64,000 nt of DNA from an uncultured Alphaproteobacteria bacterium. GTDB taxonomy: Bacteria; Pseudomonadota; Alphaproteobacteria; HIMB59; GCA-002718135. The notes under the pieces are model-generated. The model was not told where the DNA came from. It did not search any database and saw only the letters and a list, made by a program, of their open reading frames with translations. The DNA lies in the NCBI GenBank assembly GCA_902577425.1, contig CACGZD010000006.1:10722-74721 (forward strand), written 5' to 3'. Below, one piece after another: positions 1-11,013 of this stretch (position 1 is its first letter; each line of letters starts with the position of its first letter). The translations under genes and the position numbers were made by a program.

Positions 1-276
1 AACATCTGGTGTTTCTATACAAATATGACCCCATCCATTACCTTTGTCGTAAATATCTTTTTGATCCCAGTTATGAGTTAGTTCTAAAGTTGGAAATTCA
101 GTTTCAGGTCCATAACCAATAAATGTATTCGTAAATTTACCTTCTGGATAATCTGTTTTACGAAGAACTGACATTCCCAATATTTCACAATAAAATTTTA
201 GAGATTGATCAAGATTTTGAACACGCATCATAGTATGAGCTAATCTGAATCCCTGATTTATTTTTTTCTGTTCCAT
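1..276 (-). CDS. gloA: Lactoylglutathione lyase (glyoxalase I), truncated by the window edge
   Basis: Not in the ORF track. Manual translation MEQKKINQGFRLAHTMMRVQNLDQSLKFYCEILGM...LELTHNWD...GNGWGHICIE matches GloA motifs (HTMxRV, LELTHNW, GxGxGHI). Confidence 0.9.
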   Translation of the reverse strand, partial: MEQKKINQGFRLAHTMMRVQNLDQSLKFYCEILGMSVLRKTDYPEGKFTNTFIGYGPETEFPTLELTHNWDQKDIYDKGNGWGHICIETPDV

Positions 277-290
277 TTTTTTTTGATTTT

Positions 291-1355
291 TTAAGATTTA
301 TTTATGGACTTAATCACAATTTTTTGGAATGCGCGAACACTATTTTCCCAATGCGGGGATAATAATCCACCATTTTTAGCAGCTGATGATAATCTACCTA
401 TTTGTAATCTTTCACATATTTCATGATCTTCTTTATGAACATCCCACCATAAATTTCTTAGTTTATTGATCTCTTTTTTCTTTAATTGCATATCTTCCGT
501 CAAATAAATAACACGCTTTTGATGAGTGATACCGGGCTCAACAGGAATATTTAAATGTACACCTATCTGTCCAGGGTAATAAGTTCCAATTATGAAATTT
601 GGAAACAGTGAAAGATACTTTGAACTTACAGATAAGCTATCAGCAGAGGTACTTTCTTCATTTAAATCTACGGCACTTCCATAACATCTTCCATCAACTA
701 TTGTGTAATGATCTTTAAGTGGCTGACTTGTAGTTGTTTTATGAACAAACTGCACATGATAAGGCTCTATATAATTTTCAATTAGAAATTTCCAATTTGT
801 ATTAATGTTTCCAAAATCCAAAGTAGCTACTGGATTAATTTTTTTTAAATTTATATTTTGGAGATGTTTAAATAAAGGAGAAGCATATTTTTCAAATGGT
901 AAAGCTTTATTATTTAAATTTATAAAAATCCAATCATGCCAAATCTTTACTCGCACAGATTTTAATCCATTTTTTTTTCTAAGAAAACCTTTAGGTTGAT
1001 GGTTATTAGTTCCACCAAAGTGAGGAGAAGCTACCAAATTCCCCTTAAGATCATAAGACCATGCATGATAAGGGCAGCTAATAATTTGACCAACATTTTT
1101 TGCTTTATCTACTAATTTTAAACACCGATGACTACAAACATTATGAAAGGCATTAATTTTATTTTCAGATTCTTTAATTAAAAGAATAGGTTGTTCAGCT
1201 ACATTTATTGGAAGTACATCTCCTTTATTTTTTAATTCATGCTTAAAACCTACAAAAACCCAATTTTTTTCAAATATATTTTTGCTTTCTTTAGCCCAAA
1301 AATTTTTATCAGTATAAGCTTTTGAAGGTAGTCCTTTAAATATATTATTAGACAT
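291..1355 (-). CDS. Rieske non-heme iron oxygenase alpha subunit (choline monooxygenase/quaternary-amine oxygenase-like)
   Basis: Rieske motif CSHR...CPYH and mononuclear Fe motif ENYIEPYHVQFVH...ED. Likely start MSNN at 1355; the ORF track extends to 1412. Confidence 0.85.
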   Translation of the reverse strand: MSNNIFKGLPSKAYTDKNFWAKESKNIFEKNWVFVGFKHELKNKGDVLPINVAEQPILLIKESENKINAFHNVCSHRCLKLVDKAKNVGQIISCPYHAWSYDLKGNLVASPHFGGTNNHQPKGFLRKKNGLKSVRVKIWHDWIFINLNNKALPFEKYASPLFKHLQNINLKKINPVATLDFGNINTNWKFLIENYIEPYHVQFVHKTTTSQPLKDHYTIVDGRCYGSAVDLNEESTSADSLSVSSKYLSLFPNFIIGTYYPGQIGVHLNIPVEPGITHQKRVIYLTEDMQLKKKEINKLRNLWWDVHKEDHEICERLQIGRLSSAAKNGGLLSPHWENSVRAFQKIVIKSINKS

Positions 1356-1468
1356 AATCTTTATATGCTCCAAAAAAAGAATAAGAAAATCATATCCACA
1401 AAACCTTATCACAAACTCATTTAAAATAAACTATAGTGTTTATAAATTCGTGATATAAGAAATTTAAT

Positions 1469-2428
1469 ATGACAGATAATACTTATGACAAAGGTAGATT
1501 GAACTTACCATTCGTAGGCATATGCACATTTGGAAAATACCCTTATGTAGAAGATTGGGATAATATTAATGCAGATGTTGCAGTTATGGGTGCACCTTTT
1601 GATTTTGGAAGTCAATTTCGCACAGGATCAAGAATGGGACCAAGAGCAATAAGAGAGGCGTCTACATTGTTTTCATTTGGACATGCAGGAGCATATGATT
1701 TTGAAGACGATATAACTTATTTACCATCAAAAACTACTAAAATTGTAGATATAGGTGATGCAGATATTATTCATACAGATACGTTAAAAAGTCATGCAAA
1801 CATAAAATTTGGAGTTGAAAAAATTTTAGACTCAAAAGCTATTCCAATTGTTATGGGAGGCGATCATTCTATAAATATTCCTTGTATAGATGCTTTTGAA
1901 AAAGAAGATCCTTTTCATATTATTCAAATTGACGCTCATTTAGATTTTGTTGATCAAAGACATGGAGTAAAATATGGGCATGGCAACCCCATGAGGAGAG
2001 CTTCTGAAAAGAAATATGTTTCAGGAATGACTCAGATAGGTATTAGAAATGTTTCATCTACTTCTAAAGATGGGTACATAGATGCTAGATCACGAGGTTC
2101 TTCAATTTTTTCTGTCAGGCACCTTCGTCGTCTTGGTATAGAAAAAATACTAGAATCTATTCCTAAGAACAAAAGATATTATATTACAATCGATATAGAT
2201 GCTTTTGATCCTTCAATTGCAGCTGGCACAGGTACTCCTAGTCATGGTGGATTTTACTATTATGAAGTTCTTGAATTACTTGATGCTATAATTAAACAAG
2301 GTGAAGTTATAGGCATGGACTTAGTTGAAGTTGCCCCAGATTATGATCCAACTTTTTCCACATCAACACTCGCAGCTCAATTGTTAATGAATGCTATTGG
2401 AAGAATTTTATATTATAAAAATTTGTAG
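1469..2428 (+). CDS. speB: Ureohydrolase (agmatinase/guanidinobutyrase family)
   Basis: GGDHS, DAHLD, DIDAFDP, GTGTP and DLVEVAP motifs. The exact guanidino substrate is uncertain. Confidence 0.8.
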   Translation: MTDNTYDKGRLNLPFVGICTFGKYPYVEDWDNINADVAVMGAPFDFGSQFRTGSRMGPRAIREASTLFSFGHAGAYDFEDDITYLPSKTTKIVDIGDADIIHTDTLKSHANIKFGVEKILDSKAIPIVMGGDHSINIPCIDAFEKEDPFHIIQIDAHLDFVDQRHGVKYGHGNPMRRASEKKYVSGMTQIGIRNVSSTSKDGYIDARSRGSSIFSVRHLRRLGIEKILESIPKNKRYYITIDIDAFDPSIAAGTGTPSHGGFYYYEVLELLDAIIKQGEVIGMDLVEVAPDYDPTFSTSTLAAQLLMNAIGRILYYKNL

Positions 2429-2445
2429 AATTAAAAAAAATCAAA

Positions 2446-3549
2446 ATGAGCTCAGTTTTAATAGACGATGATAACTGTTTGTTAATTCAAAATGATGATC
2501 TATCAAAATTTTTGTTACACCCTCAATGGCTTCGAGAAAGATTATCTGAACCAGATTATGTGGATACAAATAATAAGCAAAGACTTTACGAACCATCTTT
2601 ATTAAATCAAAATTTAAAAATAATAGAATATTCTTTAGAAGGAAATAATTTAAATATTTATTTTTCAGATGGCGCAAAAGGCACTTTCTCATTACAGAAT
2701 TTGTTAGCTGAAATAAACAAGACTGATACTATTCCATTAAAAACACCATGGAAAAATAGTTTTACTAAGTTACCAATTTTTGATCATGAAAAATTAAGTA
2801 ATCAGAAAAATTTAATTAAAATGTTAGAAAATTTTCAGCAATTAGGTTTTGTTATTATTTCAAATATATCAAAAGCTGAAGGCACTGTAATAAAGTTTGC
2901 TGAAAGTTTGGGTCCAGTAAGAACAACAAATTTTGGCAAACATTTTGATGTTGTTTCAAAACCAGATCCTAATGATTTAGCATATACGAGTCTTGGTCTT
3001 ACGGCTCATACTGATAATCCTTATAGAAAGCCAATTCCAGGAATTCAAATTTTGCATTGTATTGCTAATGAAGCAAAAGGAGGAGATTCTTGTCTTGTTG
3101 ATGGATTTGCTATAGCTGAGCATTTAAGAGAGACTGACAAAGAAGCCTTTGAAATATTAACTCAAACAGATGTTTTGTTTAAATTTACTGACAAAGATAT
3201 TCTTTTAGAAAATTATGGTAAATTAATTGAATTAGATGATTTTGGAAATTATGTACAAAGTAGATTTAGTGGAAGATTAGATTTTGTAACATATTTAGAG
3301 CCAAAAAAATTGGAAAAATTTTATTCTGCAAGAAGAAAAATTTTTAACTTATATGCTTCAAAAGAATTTGAAATTAAATTTAGGTTAGAAGGTGGAATGC
3401 TTATGATGTTTGATAACTTAAGAATATTACATGGACGAACTGAATATGATGTGAGTACCGGCTTTAGACATTTGCAAGGATGTTATATTGATCACGACTC
3501 TACTGAAGGTAAGCTTAGATTATTAAAATCTATTAAATTTAATAAGTAA
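2446..3549 (+). CDS. TauD/TfdA-family Fe(II)/2-oxoglutarate dioxygenase, gamma-butyrobetaine hydroxylase-like
   Basis: HTD...DNLRILHGR facial-triad motifs, RHLQGCY C-terminus, BBOX-like N-terminal region (WLRE...QRL). Confidence 0.85.
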   Translation: MSSVLIDDDNCLLIQNDDLSKFLLHPQWLRERLSEPDYVDTNNKQRLYEPSLLNQNLKIIEYSLEGNNLNIYFSDGAKGTFSLQNLLAEINKTDTIPLKTPWKNSFTKLPIFDHEKLSNQKNLIKMLENFQQLGFVIISNISKAEGTVIKFAESLGPVRTTNFGKHFDVVSKPDPNDLAYTSLGLTAHTDNPYRKPIPGIQILHCIANEAKGGDSCLVDGFAIAEHLRETDKEAFEILTQTDVLFKFTDKDILLENYGKLIELDDFGNYVQSRFSGRLDFVTYLEPKKLEKFYSARRKIFNLYASKEFEIKFRLEGGMLMMFDNLRILHGRTEYDVSTGFRHLQGCYIDHDSTEGKLRLLKSIKFNK

Positions 3550-3563
3550 TTTAAAAAATTAAA

Positions 3564-5039
3564 TTATCTAATTACAAAAGGATCATCAATTTCTTTTGTT
3601 GATGTATTAATCCATGTAGTTTTTGTATTGGAATAATCTTTCATTACCTCTAATCCTGACTCTCTACCATACCCACTATTTTTAAATCCACCAAAGGGAG
3701 CAACTGGAGAAATTAATCGATAAGTATTAACAAATACAATTCCTGCTTGTACAGCTTTTGAAACTCTCATTGCTATTCCATTATTTTCTGTAAATATTCC
3801 AGCGGCAAGCCCAAAACTATTATCATTCATTAATTTAATTGCATTTTCTTCATCTTTAAATTTCATTACAGATAAAACTGGACCAAATAATTCATTCTCT
3901 GCAACAGGCAAATTATGATTTGCACACTCAATTATTGTAGGCTCAAAATAATAACCATTTTTAAATTTATCAACTTTATTTCCCCCAGTAATTATTTTAC
4001 CTCCTAATTCCTTTGTTTGTCTAATTTTTTCTTCTATATTTTGTAATTGATTTAAAGTAGCAAGGGGTCCTAGTTGAGTTGTAGTTGATAAAGGATCGCC
4101 AATTTCAATTTCTTCTACTCTATTTTTTAATTCCTCTAAATATTCATCATAAATTTCTTCTTGCAAATAAAGTCTTGAACCAGCAATACAACTTTGACCA
4201 CCTGCCCCGAATATACTTGCCATAATTCCATTAATAGCATTGTTTTTACGAGCATCTTTAAAAACTACTACTGGACTTTTTCCACCAAGTTCTAGAGATA
4301 TTTGAGATAAATTTTCTGCAGAGTTTCTAATAATATGTTTTGCTGTATGGACACCTCCTGTAAATGCTATTTTATTAATTTTTGGATGCGAAGTAAGTAA
4401 CTTGCTACAAGTATCTGCAAAACCAGTTATAATATTTACTACACCTTTTGGTATTCCAACTTTATCAATAATTTTTGCAAATTCTAATAATGGAGTAGGG
4501 GCAATTTCTGATGCCTTAATAATAATAGTATTACCCATTGCTAAGGCTGGAGCAAGTTTGACTGCAGTGAGAAACATTTGTGAGTTCCATGGTATTATCG
4601 CAGCAACAACACCAACAGGAACTCTGGTGGTGAAAACATGCATATCTTCTTTATCTATTGGAAGCGTTGATCCTTCAATTTTGTCAACCAACCCAGCATA
4701 GTAATAATAATATTCAGCGATATAATTTGCCTGAAATCTTGTTTCTTTAAATAATTTCCCAGTATCTTTTGTTTCTATTGTTCCAAGTAATTCTGCTTTC
4801 TCCTTAAGTTGATCACCAATTGCTCTTAAATAGTTTGCTCTTTTGCTAGGAAATATTTTTGACCATTCTCCACAAAAAGCATTATGTGCTGCTTCTACGG
4901 CTGAATTCACCTCATACTCTTCCGCGAGTGAAATTTCTGCAAATTCCTTTTCAGTCGATGGATCAACAGACTTAAAAGATTTACCTGATTTAGATTCAGT
5001 GAATTCACCGTTGATATAATTTTTAAACTGCTGCATCAA
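3564..5039 (-). CDS. Aldehyde dehydrogenase
   Basis: IIPWNS, FTGG, LELGGKSP, GQSCIAGSR (catalytic Cys), ELFGPV, PFGGFKNSGYGRE. Confidence 0.95.
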   Translation of the reverse strand: MMQQFKNYINGEFTESKSGKSFKSVDPSTEKEFAEISLAEEYEVNSAVEAAHNAFCGEWSKIFPSKRANYLRAIGDQLKEKAELLGTIETKDTGKLFKETRFQANYIAEYYYYYAGLVDKIEGSTLPIDKEDMHVFTTRVPVGVVAAIIPWNSQMFLTAVKLAPALAMGNTIIIKASEIAPTPLLEFAKIIDKVGIPKGVVNIITGFADTCSKLLTSHPKINKIAFTGGVHTAKHIIRNSAENLSQISLELGGKSPVVVFKDARKNNAINGIMASIFGAGGQSCIAGSRLYLQEEIYDEYLEELKNRVEEIEIGDPLSTTTQLGPLATLNQLQNIEEKIRQTKELGGKIITGGNKVDKFKNGYYFEPTIIECANHNLPVAENELFGPVLSVMKFKDEENAIKLMNDNSFGLAAGIFTENNGIAMRVSKAVQAGIVFVNTYRLISPVAPFGGFKNSGYGRESGLEVMKDYSNTKTTWINTSTKEIDDPFVIR

Positions 5040-6106
5040 ACCTCAAATATATTTTTATTATCATAATATTTGCTCATATTTGTTTTCCATTCATAATAGT
5101 TGTTTTTGTGTATTAGTGACACTGTGAATCCCCCAAATCCTCCTCCGGTTAATCTTGCACCCTCTGCTCCAGATGTATTTGATCTTTCAACAATCAAATC
5201 AACATCTTCAGTTGAAGCTTCAAAATCTTTTGAATATGATTGATGGCTTTCATTCATTAACTTTCCAAATGATTTAATATCTTTATTTAATATATACCCC
5301 TTTGCTTCGAGGACCCTAGCATTTTCAGTAATAACATGTCTTGCTCTTTTTAATATTAATTCATCTTTTATTTTATTTTGATCAAATTGCCCTGGTTTAA
5401 TTGAACCTAAATATTCTGTGCCAAGATACTCTTCAGCCTTTTTAAGTTGGTTATACCTTTCATTATATGCGCTATCTCTAAGATTTCTTTGTACGGCAGA
5501 GTCAACTAAACAAAAAACCCAATTATCTGGTAGGTCTATCAATTCAAATTTTAAACTTAAACAATCTAAAAAAAAAGCCTTTCTATGAATACCAATTGAG
5601 GAAACCATTTGATCCATGATCCCTCCTGAAACACCTATATAATTACGTTCAACTTTTTGAGCTAAAATTGCAATATGTTTTTCTGTGTATTCAGTATTAA
5701 AAAAACTATTTAGTGACTTTAAAACGGCAACGCAAAGAGCTGATGATGATGAAATGCCACGACCTATTGGAATAGTTGAGGATATATAAATATTTAAATG
5801 AGTATTAGGTATGTTTTTGTTTTCATCATAAAATACAAATAAAGAACCTTTTACATAATCAACCCATTTATTATTTTTTGACTTAATAAAGTCAGTAAAA
5901 TTTATTTGCTCGTTAAAATGTTCAGAATAAACTTGATATTTTTTGTTTTCATTTTTTGAAATTTGAATAGTTGTTTTAAAATTTAGAAGAGATGGCAAAA
6001 CATACCCTCCAGTATAATCAGTATGCTCACCTATTAAATTTACTCTTGCATGCGCACTGTTAACAACTGAAAAATCAGTATTAAATATATCTTTAAAACT
6101 CTTCAT
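5036..6106 (-). CDS. galK: Galactokinase (GHMP kinase)
   Basis: RVNLIGEHTDY, PIGRGISSSSA, GIMDQ and GARLTGGGFGG motifs. Confidence 0.9.
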   Translation of the reverse strand: MKSFKDIFNTDFSVVNSAHARVNLIGEHTDYTGGYVLPSLLNFKTTIQISKNENKKYQVYSEHFNEQINFTDFIKSKNNKWVDYVKGSLFVFYDENKNIPNTHLNIYISSTIPIGRGISSSSALCVAVLKSLNSFFNTEYTEKHIAILAQKVERNYIGVSGGIMDQMVSSIGIHRKAFFLDCLSLKFELIDLPDNWVFCLVDSAVQRNLRDSAYNERYNQLKKAEEYLGTEYLGSIKPGQFDQNKIKDELILKRARHVITENARVLEAKGYILNKDIKSFGKLMNESHQSYSKDFEASTEDVDLIVERSNTSGAEGARLTGGGFGGFTVSLIHKNNYYEWKTNMSKYYDNKNIFEV

Positions 6107-6125
6107 AAACTAAATATATAAATTA

Positions 6126-7994
6126 TTGATAATGAAAATAAACTCAATTTTTGCTAAAAATAATAAATTAAAAATATCCATTTTTAATAATCAATACAAA
6201 CATGGTGATTTTAAAATTTGTTTTTCTCTGATTTATTCTATTCAAGAAATTGATGGTGGAACAATATCAAAAAAAATTGGTAGATACTATGAAATATACT
6301 CTGAACAAGATGAAGTAACTCTTACACTACAGGAACCAAGGATAGGCTCTTATAATCTTTCATGCGGCCCTGAGGGATTGTTTGTTTTAGGAAAAAATAA
6401 TCAAATTATAGAGTGTAAAATTGATTCCTTAAAATTTGAAAGCCCTATACCTCAAATTTTATATTCTGATGATCAGGATAAAATATTTGATCCAGTAATT
6501 CCGCTTCCTAATATTTCAAAATTAGAAAAAGAAACTATTCATATTAAAAATTTAGATTTTAAAATACCTCCAGATGAAAATGATTTTTTTAAAAATTTTG
6601 ATAATTTACTAAAAGTATCTGACATAAAATTTAATTTATCAGTGGGACATTTAATAATTTTTAATAAACAAAAATTAAAATCTGAAGAATATAAAATTAA
6701 AATTAAGAAAGATTCAATTTCGATCGATTATTCTGATTATGGAGGAAAGTTTTATTCAATAATAACTCTGATACAGCTTATAAACTTTTATAATACAAAT
6801 CTACCTCTTGGATTAATTGAAGATAGACCAGCTTTAAATTGGAGAGGTATGCATTTAGATTGTGCTAGACAATTTTATACCATTGATGAAATAAAAAGAC
6901 TTATGGACTATATGTGTTTTTTTAAATTAAATCGTTTTCACTGGCATTTAACAGATAATGAAGCTTGGAGAGTTGAATTAGAGTGTTATCCTAATTTAAC
7001 AAAAGTGGGTGCATTTAGAGGTTATAATCATACAATTCCACCTTTCTATGGCACTGGTTACAATAAAACTGGAGGTTATTATTCTCGCAGTCAAATTAAT
7101 GAATTGATTGTGTATGCAAAACAAAGAAATATTGAAATTATGCCTGAGATTGATTTACCAGCACACTCCTGGACATTGCTTCAAGTTATGCCTGAGTTAA
7201 GAGACTCAAGCTCCAATATAATTTCAAAAGACGTAGGTAATTATGCTAATAATACAATTAATCCTGCAGTAGAGGAGACAAATATCTTTTTACAAAATAT
7301 TTTAGAAGAGTTAAGCAAAATATTTTCATTTAACATAATTCATGTTGGAGTTGATGAAAGACCAAAAGAGTCATGGGAGGGATCACCCAAAGTAATTGAG
7401 TATATGAAAAAAAACAATATTGAGTCGTTTGATGAATTGCAAGATCATTATATGAACAATATCATTAGTATTTTAAAAAATTCAAATAAGCTAACAGCAG
7501 CTTGGAACGAGGCTGCATTACCTCCTCACAATGATATTGGCTCTGCTGGAAGTGGAGGAAAAGTTGATAAAAATTGCATTATATTTGCTTGGGAGCATCC
7601 TGATGTCGGTTTAATGTCTGTAAAAAAAGGTTTTAAAACAGTTCTTTGTCCAGGTCATAAAACATATTTTGATATGGCTTACAATAACTCTACATATGAA
7701 AGAGGAATTTGTTGGGCTGCCACAATAGAAGTAAAAGAAGTTTTTGATTGGAATCCTCTTCAAGATTATGAATCTGATGATTTAGAAAATGTGTTAGGTA
7801 TTCAGGGTCAACTTTGGTCAGAAACAATTACAGATAAAGAATACTTTGATCAAATGATTAACCCTCGCCTCTCAGCACTTGCTGAAATAGCTTGGTGCAA
7901 AAAAGCAAAAAGATCATGGTCTCAATTTAGATCATCGTTAATAAATAATTTAGAATATTTATCAAAATTGGGGTGGAAGTTTCATAATTTTTAG
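6126..7994 (+). CDS. Beta-N-acetylhexosaminidase (GH20)
   Basis: WRGMHLDCAR, FHWHLTDNEAWR, PEIDLPAH, HVGVDE catalytic pair, LWSE, PRLSALAE. Confidence 0.92.
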   Translation: MIMKINSIFAKNNKLKISIFNNQYKHGDFKICFSLIYSIQEIDGGTISKKIGRYYEIYSEQDEVTLTLQEPRIGSYNLSCGPEGLFVLGKNNQIIECKIDSLKFESPIPQILYSDDQDKIFDPVIPLPNISKLEKETIHIKNLDFKIPPDENDFFKNFDNLLKVSDIKFNLSVGHLIIFNKQKLKSEEYKIKIKKDSISIDYSDYGGKFYSIITLIQLINFYNTNLPLGLIEDRPALNWRGMHLDCARQFYTIDEIKRLMDYMCFFKLNRFHWHLTDNEAWRVELECYPNLTKVGAFRGYNHTIPPFYGTGYNKTGGYYSRSQINELIVYAKQRNIEIMPEIDLPAHSWTLLQVMPELRDSSSNIISKDVGNYANNTINPAVEETNIFLQNILEELSKIFSFNIIHVGVDERPKESWEGSPKVIEYMKKNNIESFDELQDHYMNNIISILKNSNKLTAAWNEAALPPHNDIGSAGSGGKVDKNCIIFAWEHPDVGLMSVKKGFKTVLCPGHKTYFDMAYNNSTYERGICWAATIEVKEVFDWNPLQDYESDDLENVLGIQGQLWSETITDKEYFDQMINPRLSALAEIAWCKKAKRSWSQFRSSLINNLEYLSKLGWKFHNF

Positions 7995-8023
7995 TATTAT
8001 GATTATTATTTTAGGGTGATAAA

Positions 8024-9169
8024 ATGAAAATTGGAACAGTAGGGTTAGGAAACAGAATAGCACATGTATATCATGAATTATCTCAAATTAATAAAGATGC
8101 AGAATTAATTGCCTATACTGATCCTTTGCCGATAGGTAGGGAATATGCAGAAAAAAATAATTTTTTTCCTAAAAAAAGTTACCCTACTCTAAAAGAAATG
8201 ATTAGTAGTGAATCCCTTGATTTACTTATGATTGGATCACCAAATCATTTGCATTTAGAACACATAAAAGAAGGACTATCTTCAGGTTTAAAAATTTTTG
8301 CCGAAAAACCAATTGTCATTGATGAAAATCAAACTGTTGAATTAGCTAAACTTATTAAAGAATATGGAAGAGATAAAATTCTCGTTGGATTAGTCTTGCG
8401 TTACTCTCAACATGCTAGATCTGTTAGAGATTTAATTAATAGAGATATAATTGGTAACGTTATATCAATAGAGGCATCTGAACATATTATGCCCTGGCAC
8501 GGAGGTTTCTTTATGCGCAATTGGAGAAGAAAAGAAAAATATTCTGGAGGTTTTATGTTAGAAAAATGCTGCCACGATATTGATTTCTACTCCATGATTA
8601 CAAATAGTAGACCAATAAAAGTAGCTAGTTTTGGAGGAAGAAATTCATTTATTCCCAACAATCAACCTAAAGATTCAATTGAGGAATATACAAGATATAA
8701 TTTAAAGGGTTGGGAGGCAAATGAAAAAGTATTTGATAGTGATGCAGACATAGTTGATCATCAAGTAGCTATTATTGAATATGAGAATGGTGCAACTTTA
8801 GCTTTTCATACTAACATGTGTGTACCAGATGAATTTAGAAGATTTGCTGTTATTGGAACTAATGGGATGGTTGAAGGAGATTTTGTAAGAGGTTTTTTAA
8901 AAGCTCATGATCAAAAAAATAATGTAATATTAGATGAAAATTATGGAGCAGCTTTTGGCATGATAAAAGGTCATTATGGTGCAGATAGTTTAATGCTTAA
9001 AGATATTAATGCACATTTAATTAATTCTGAATCATCACCATTGCCAGTTGGAGTAATAGATTGTATGGAAGCAGGAATTGTTGCCATGAAGATAGATGAA
9101 TCAAGAAAAAGTGGTAAAATAATTGATATAAGACCTACATGGAAAAATATAGATAGTATTCTTGGTTAA
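8024..9169 (+). CDS. Gfo/Idh/MocA family oxidoreductase
   Basis: GTVGLG Rossmann start, EKP motif, GGFMLEKCCHDID. Confidence 0.9.
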   Translation: MKIGTVGLGNRIAHVYHELSQINKDAELIAYTDPLPIGREYAEKNNFFPKKSYPTLKEMISSESLDLLMIGSPNHLHLEHIKEGLSSGLKIFAEKPIVIDENQTVELAKLIKEYGRDKILVGLVLRYSQHARSVRDLINRDIIGNVISIEASEHIMPWHGGFFMRNWRRKEKYSGGFMLEKCCHDIDFYSMITNSRPIKVASFGGRNSFIPNNQPKDSIEEYTRYNLKGWEANEKVFDSDADIVDHQVAIIEYENGATLAFHTNMCVPDEFRRFAVIGTNGMVEGDFVRGFLKAHDQKNNVILDENYGAAFGMIKGHYGADSLMLKDINAHLINSESSPLPVGVIDCMEAGIVAMKIDESRKSGKIIDIRPTWKNIDSILG

Positions 9170-9171
9170 AA

Positions 9172-10077
9172 ATGAAAATGAAAACTAAACTTAGGTCATA
9201 CAATTCTCCTACTTTTTTAGCTTATGCACTCATAGCCCCAGCAGCTATTTATATTTTATGTATTGTTGCTTGGCCATTAATTGAAACTGTTAGATTATCT
9301 TTTACTAATTCAAGTTTAGCTGGAGAAGAATATATTGGTTTTGAAAATTATGAAAAAATGATTTCGAGTAAAAAATTTAATAAAATTGTTATTAGAACTT
9401 TTGTTTGGATGTTTTTTTCTGTGAGTCTAAAATTAATAATTGGTTTAATAGGTGCAGTATTATTAAATGCGAATGTATTTGGAAGATCAGCTTTTAGAGT
9501 TTTAGTAATGCCCCCGTGGGTAGTGCCCATAGCTATTGGAATGCTTGGCTGGCTTTGGTTATATAATGGATATTTCGGAATAATAGCAGGAGTTGGAATG
9601 CGAACAGGAATATTAGACGGACCTTTTGGATTTCTAGCTTATAAACAAAGCGCTTTTATTTCAACAGTAATAGCTGATGTTTGGGTTGGTGTACCTATGG
9701 TAACAGTTTTTTTTCTTGCAGCAATGCAAGGTGTTCCAAAAGATTTATATGAAGCAGCCTATTGTGATGGCGCTTCAAGGTGGTCACGATTTTTTAGAAT
9801 TACATTACCTCAAATAACACCTGTTATTGTGACTATGTCAATACTGTCTGCTATTTGGACATTTAATTCCTTTGAAATTATTTGGATTTTAACTGAAGGA
9901 GGGCCAAGAGGAGCAACAACAACACTTATTATTGATACTTATAAGCAAGCTTTAGGTAACTATAAATTTGGAAGAGGTGCTGCAAGGGCAGTTGTAGTAA
10001 TGATTTTGTTAACTTTATTTGCGGGCTTTTATTTAGCTTTACTTGCGAGAATAAACAAAAGGGTAGCTCATGAATAA
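9172..10077 (+). CDS. Carbohydrate ABC transporter permease (MalF-like)
   Basis: Multiple TM helices, EAA loop LYEAAYCDGA, LTEGGP. Confidence 0.92.
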   Translation: MKMKTKLRSYNSPTFLAYALIAPAAIYILCIVAWPLIETVRLSFTNSSLAGEEYIGFENYEKMISSKKFNKIVIRTFVWMFFSVSLKLIIGLIGAVLLNANVFGRSAFRVLVMPPWVVPIAIGMLGWLWLYNGYFGIIAGVGMRTGILDGPFGFLAYKQSAFISTVIADVWVGVPMVTVFFLAAMQGVPKDLYEAAYCDGASRWSRFFRITLPQITPVIVTMSILSAIWTFNSFEIIWILTEGGPRGATTTLIIDTYKQALGNYKFGRGAARAVVVMILLTLFAGFYLALLARINKRVAHE

Positions 10078-10909
10078 ATATACAATTTTAGAAAAATTAT
10101 TAATTTATTTTGGAATTTTAATATTTATGACATTTATTCTTTTACCTTTTGTTGAAATGTTTTATGCCTCTTTAAGGCCTTTAGACCATTTATTTAGATC
10201 ACCTTATCAATTTTATTCAGATGATCTTTCATTTTGGGCATATAGTGAAATGTGGAAAACTGTTCCTATGCTTGGACGTTACATTTTTAATAGTTTTTTT
10301 CTTGCAACAGTAACTTCTTTATTAACTTTATTATTTGTTATTCCAGCAGCTTATTCATATGCAAGATTCAAATTTCCTGCAAAAAATACTAGTTTGTATC
10401 TTTTACTTGCAATTAATATGTTTTCTGGTGCTGTACTATTAATACCTTTATATAAATTATTAAGAACATTTGGTTTGTTAAATACTTATCAAGCAATGAT
10501 AGTTCCAGGAGTAGCTTTTTTAATTCCCACTTCAATTTGGTTATTAAAATCATATTTTGAAAAAATTCCAATTGAATTAGAAGAAGCTGCCTTTTGTGAT
10601 GGAGCTACAAGAATTCAAATACTTAGACATGTTATAGCTCCTTTAAGTACACCTGGTTTAGTTGTTGTAGGTATCTATGCATTTATAGGTTCTTATGCTC
10701 AACAATTTTTATTTGCAATTTCATTTAATCAAAAGAAAGAATTTATGCCTATACCTGCAGGTCTTTATGAATTTATTGGTTACACTACTGTTAAATGGAA
10801 TGAAATGATGGCTGCTTCCTTAGTAGGTATAGCTCCTGTTCTCCTTGTTTTTTTATTTTTACAAAAGTATATTGTGGAAGGATTAACAGCAGGAGCTGTA
10901 AAAAACTAG
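10070..10909 (+). CDS. Carbohydrate ABC transporter permease (MalG-like)
   Basis: EAA loop LEEAAFCDGA, C-terminal LQKYIVEGLTAGAVK. Confidence 0.92.
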   Translation: MNKYTILEKLLIYFGILIFMTFILLPFVEMFYASLRPLDHLFRSPYQFYSDDLSFWAYSEMWKTVPMLGRYIFNSFFLATVTSLLTLLFVIPAAYSYARFKFPAKNTSLYLLLAINMFSGAVLLIPLYKLLRTFGLLNTYQAMIVPGVAFLIPTSIWLLKSYFEKIPIELEEAAFCDGATRIQILRHVIAPLSTPGLVVVGIYAFIGSYAQQFLFAISFNQKKEFMPIPAGLYEFIGYTTVKWNEMMAASLVGIAPVLLVFLFLQKYIVEGLTAGAVKN

Positions 10910-11013
10910 AAAAACAGTCCCTTTTTTTTTAAAAATAAACAATATTCTTACTTGATACACTTCTAGTATTAACTTAATCATAATAGTTATAAATATAATT
11001 ATACGGAGGAAAT

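Noticed and set aside
1413-1468. Guanidine riboswitch upstream of the ureohydrolase
   Set aside because: No GC-rich hairpins, paired ACGR loops or other guanidine-class motifs are visible.
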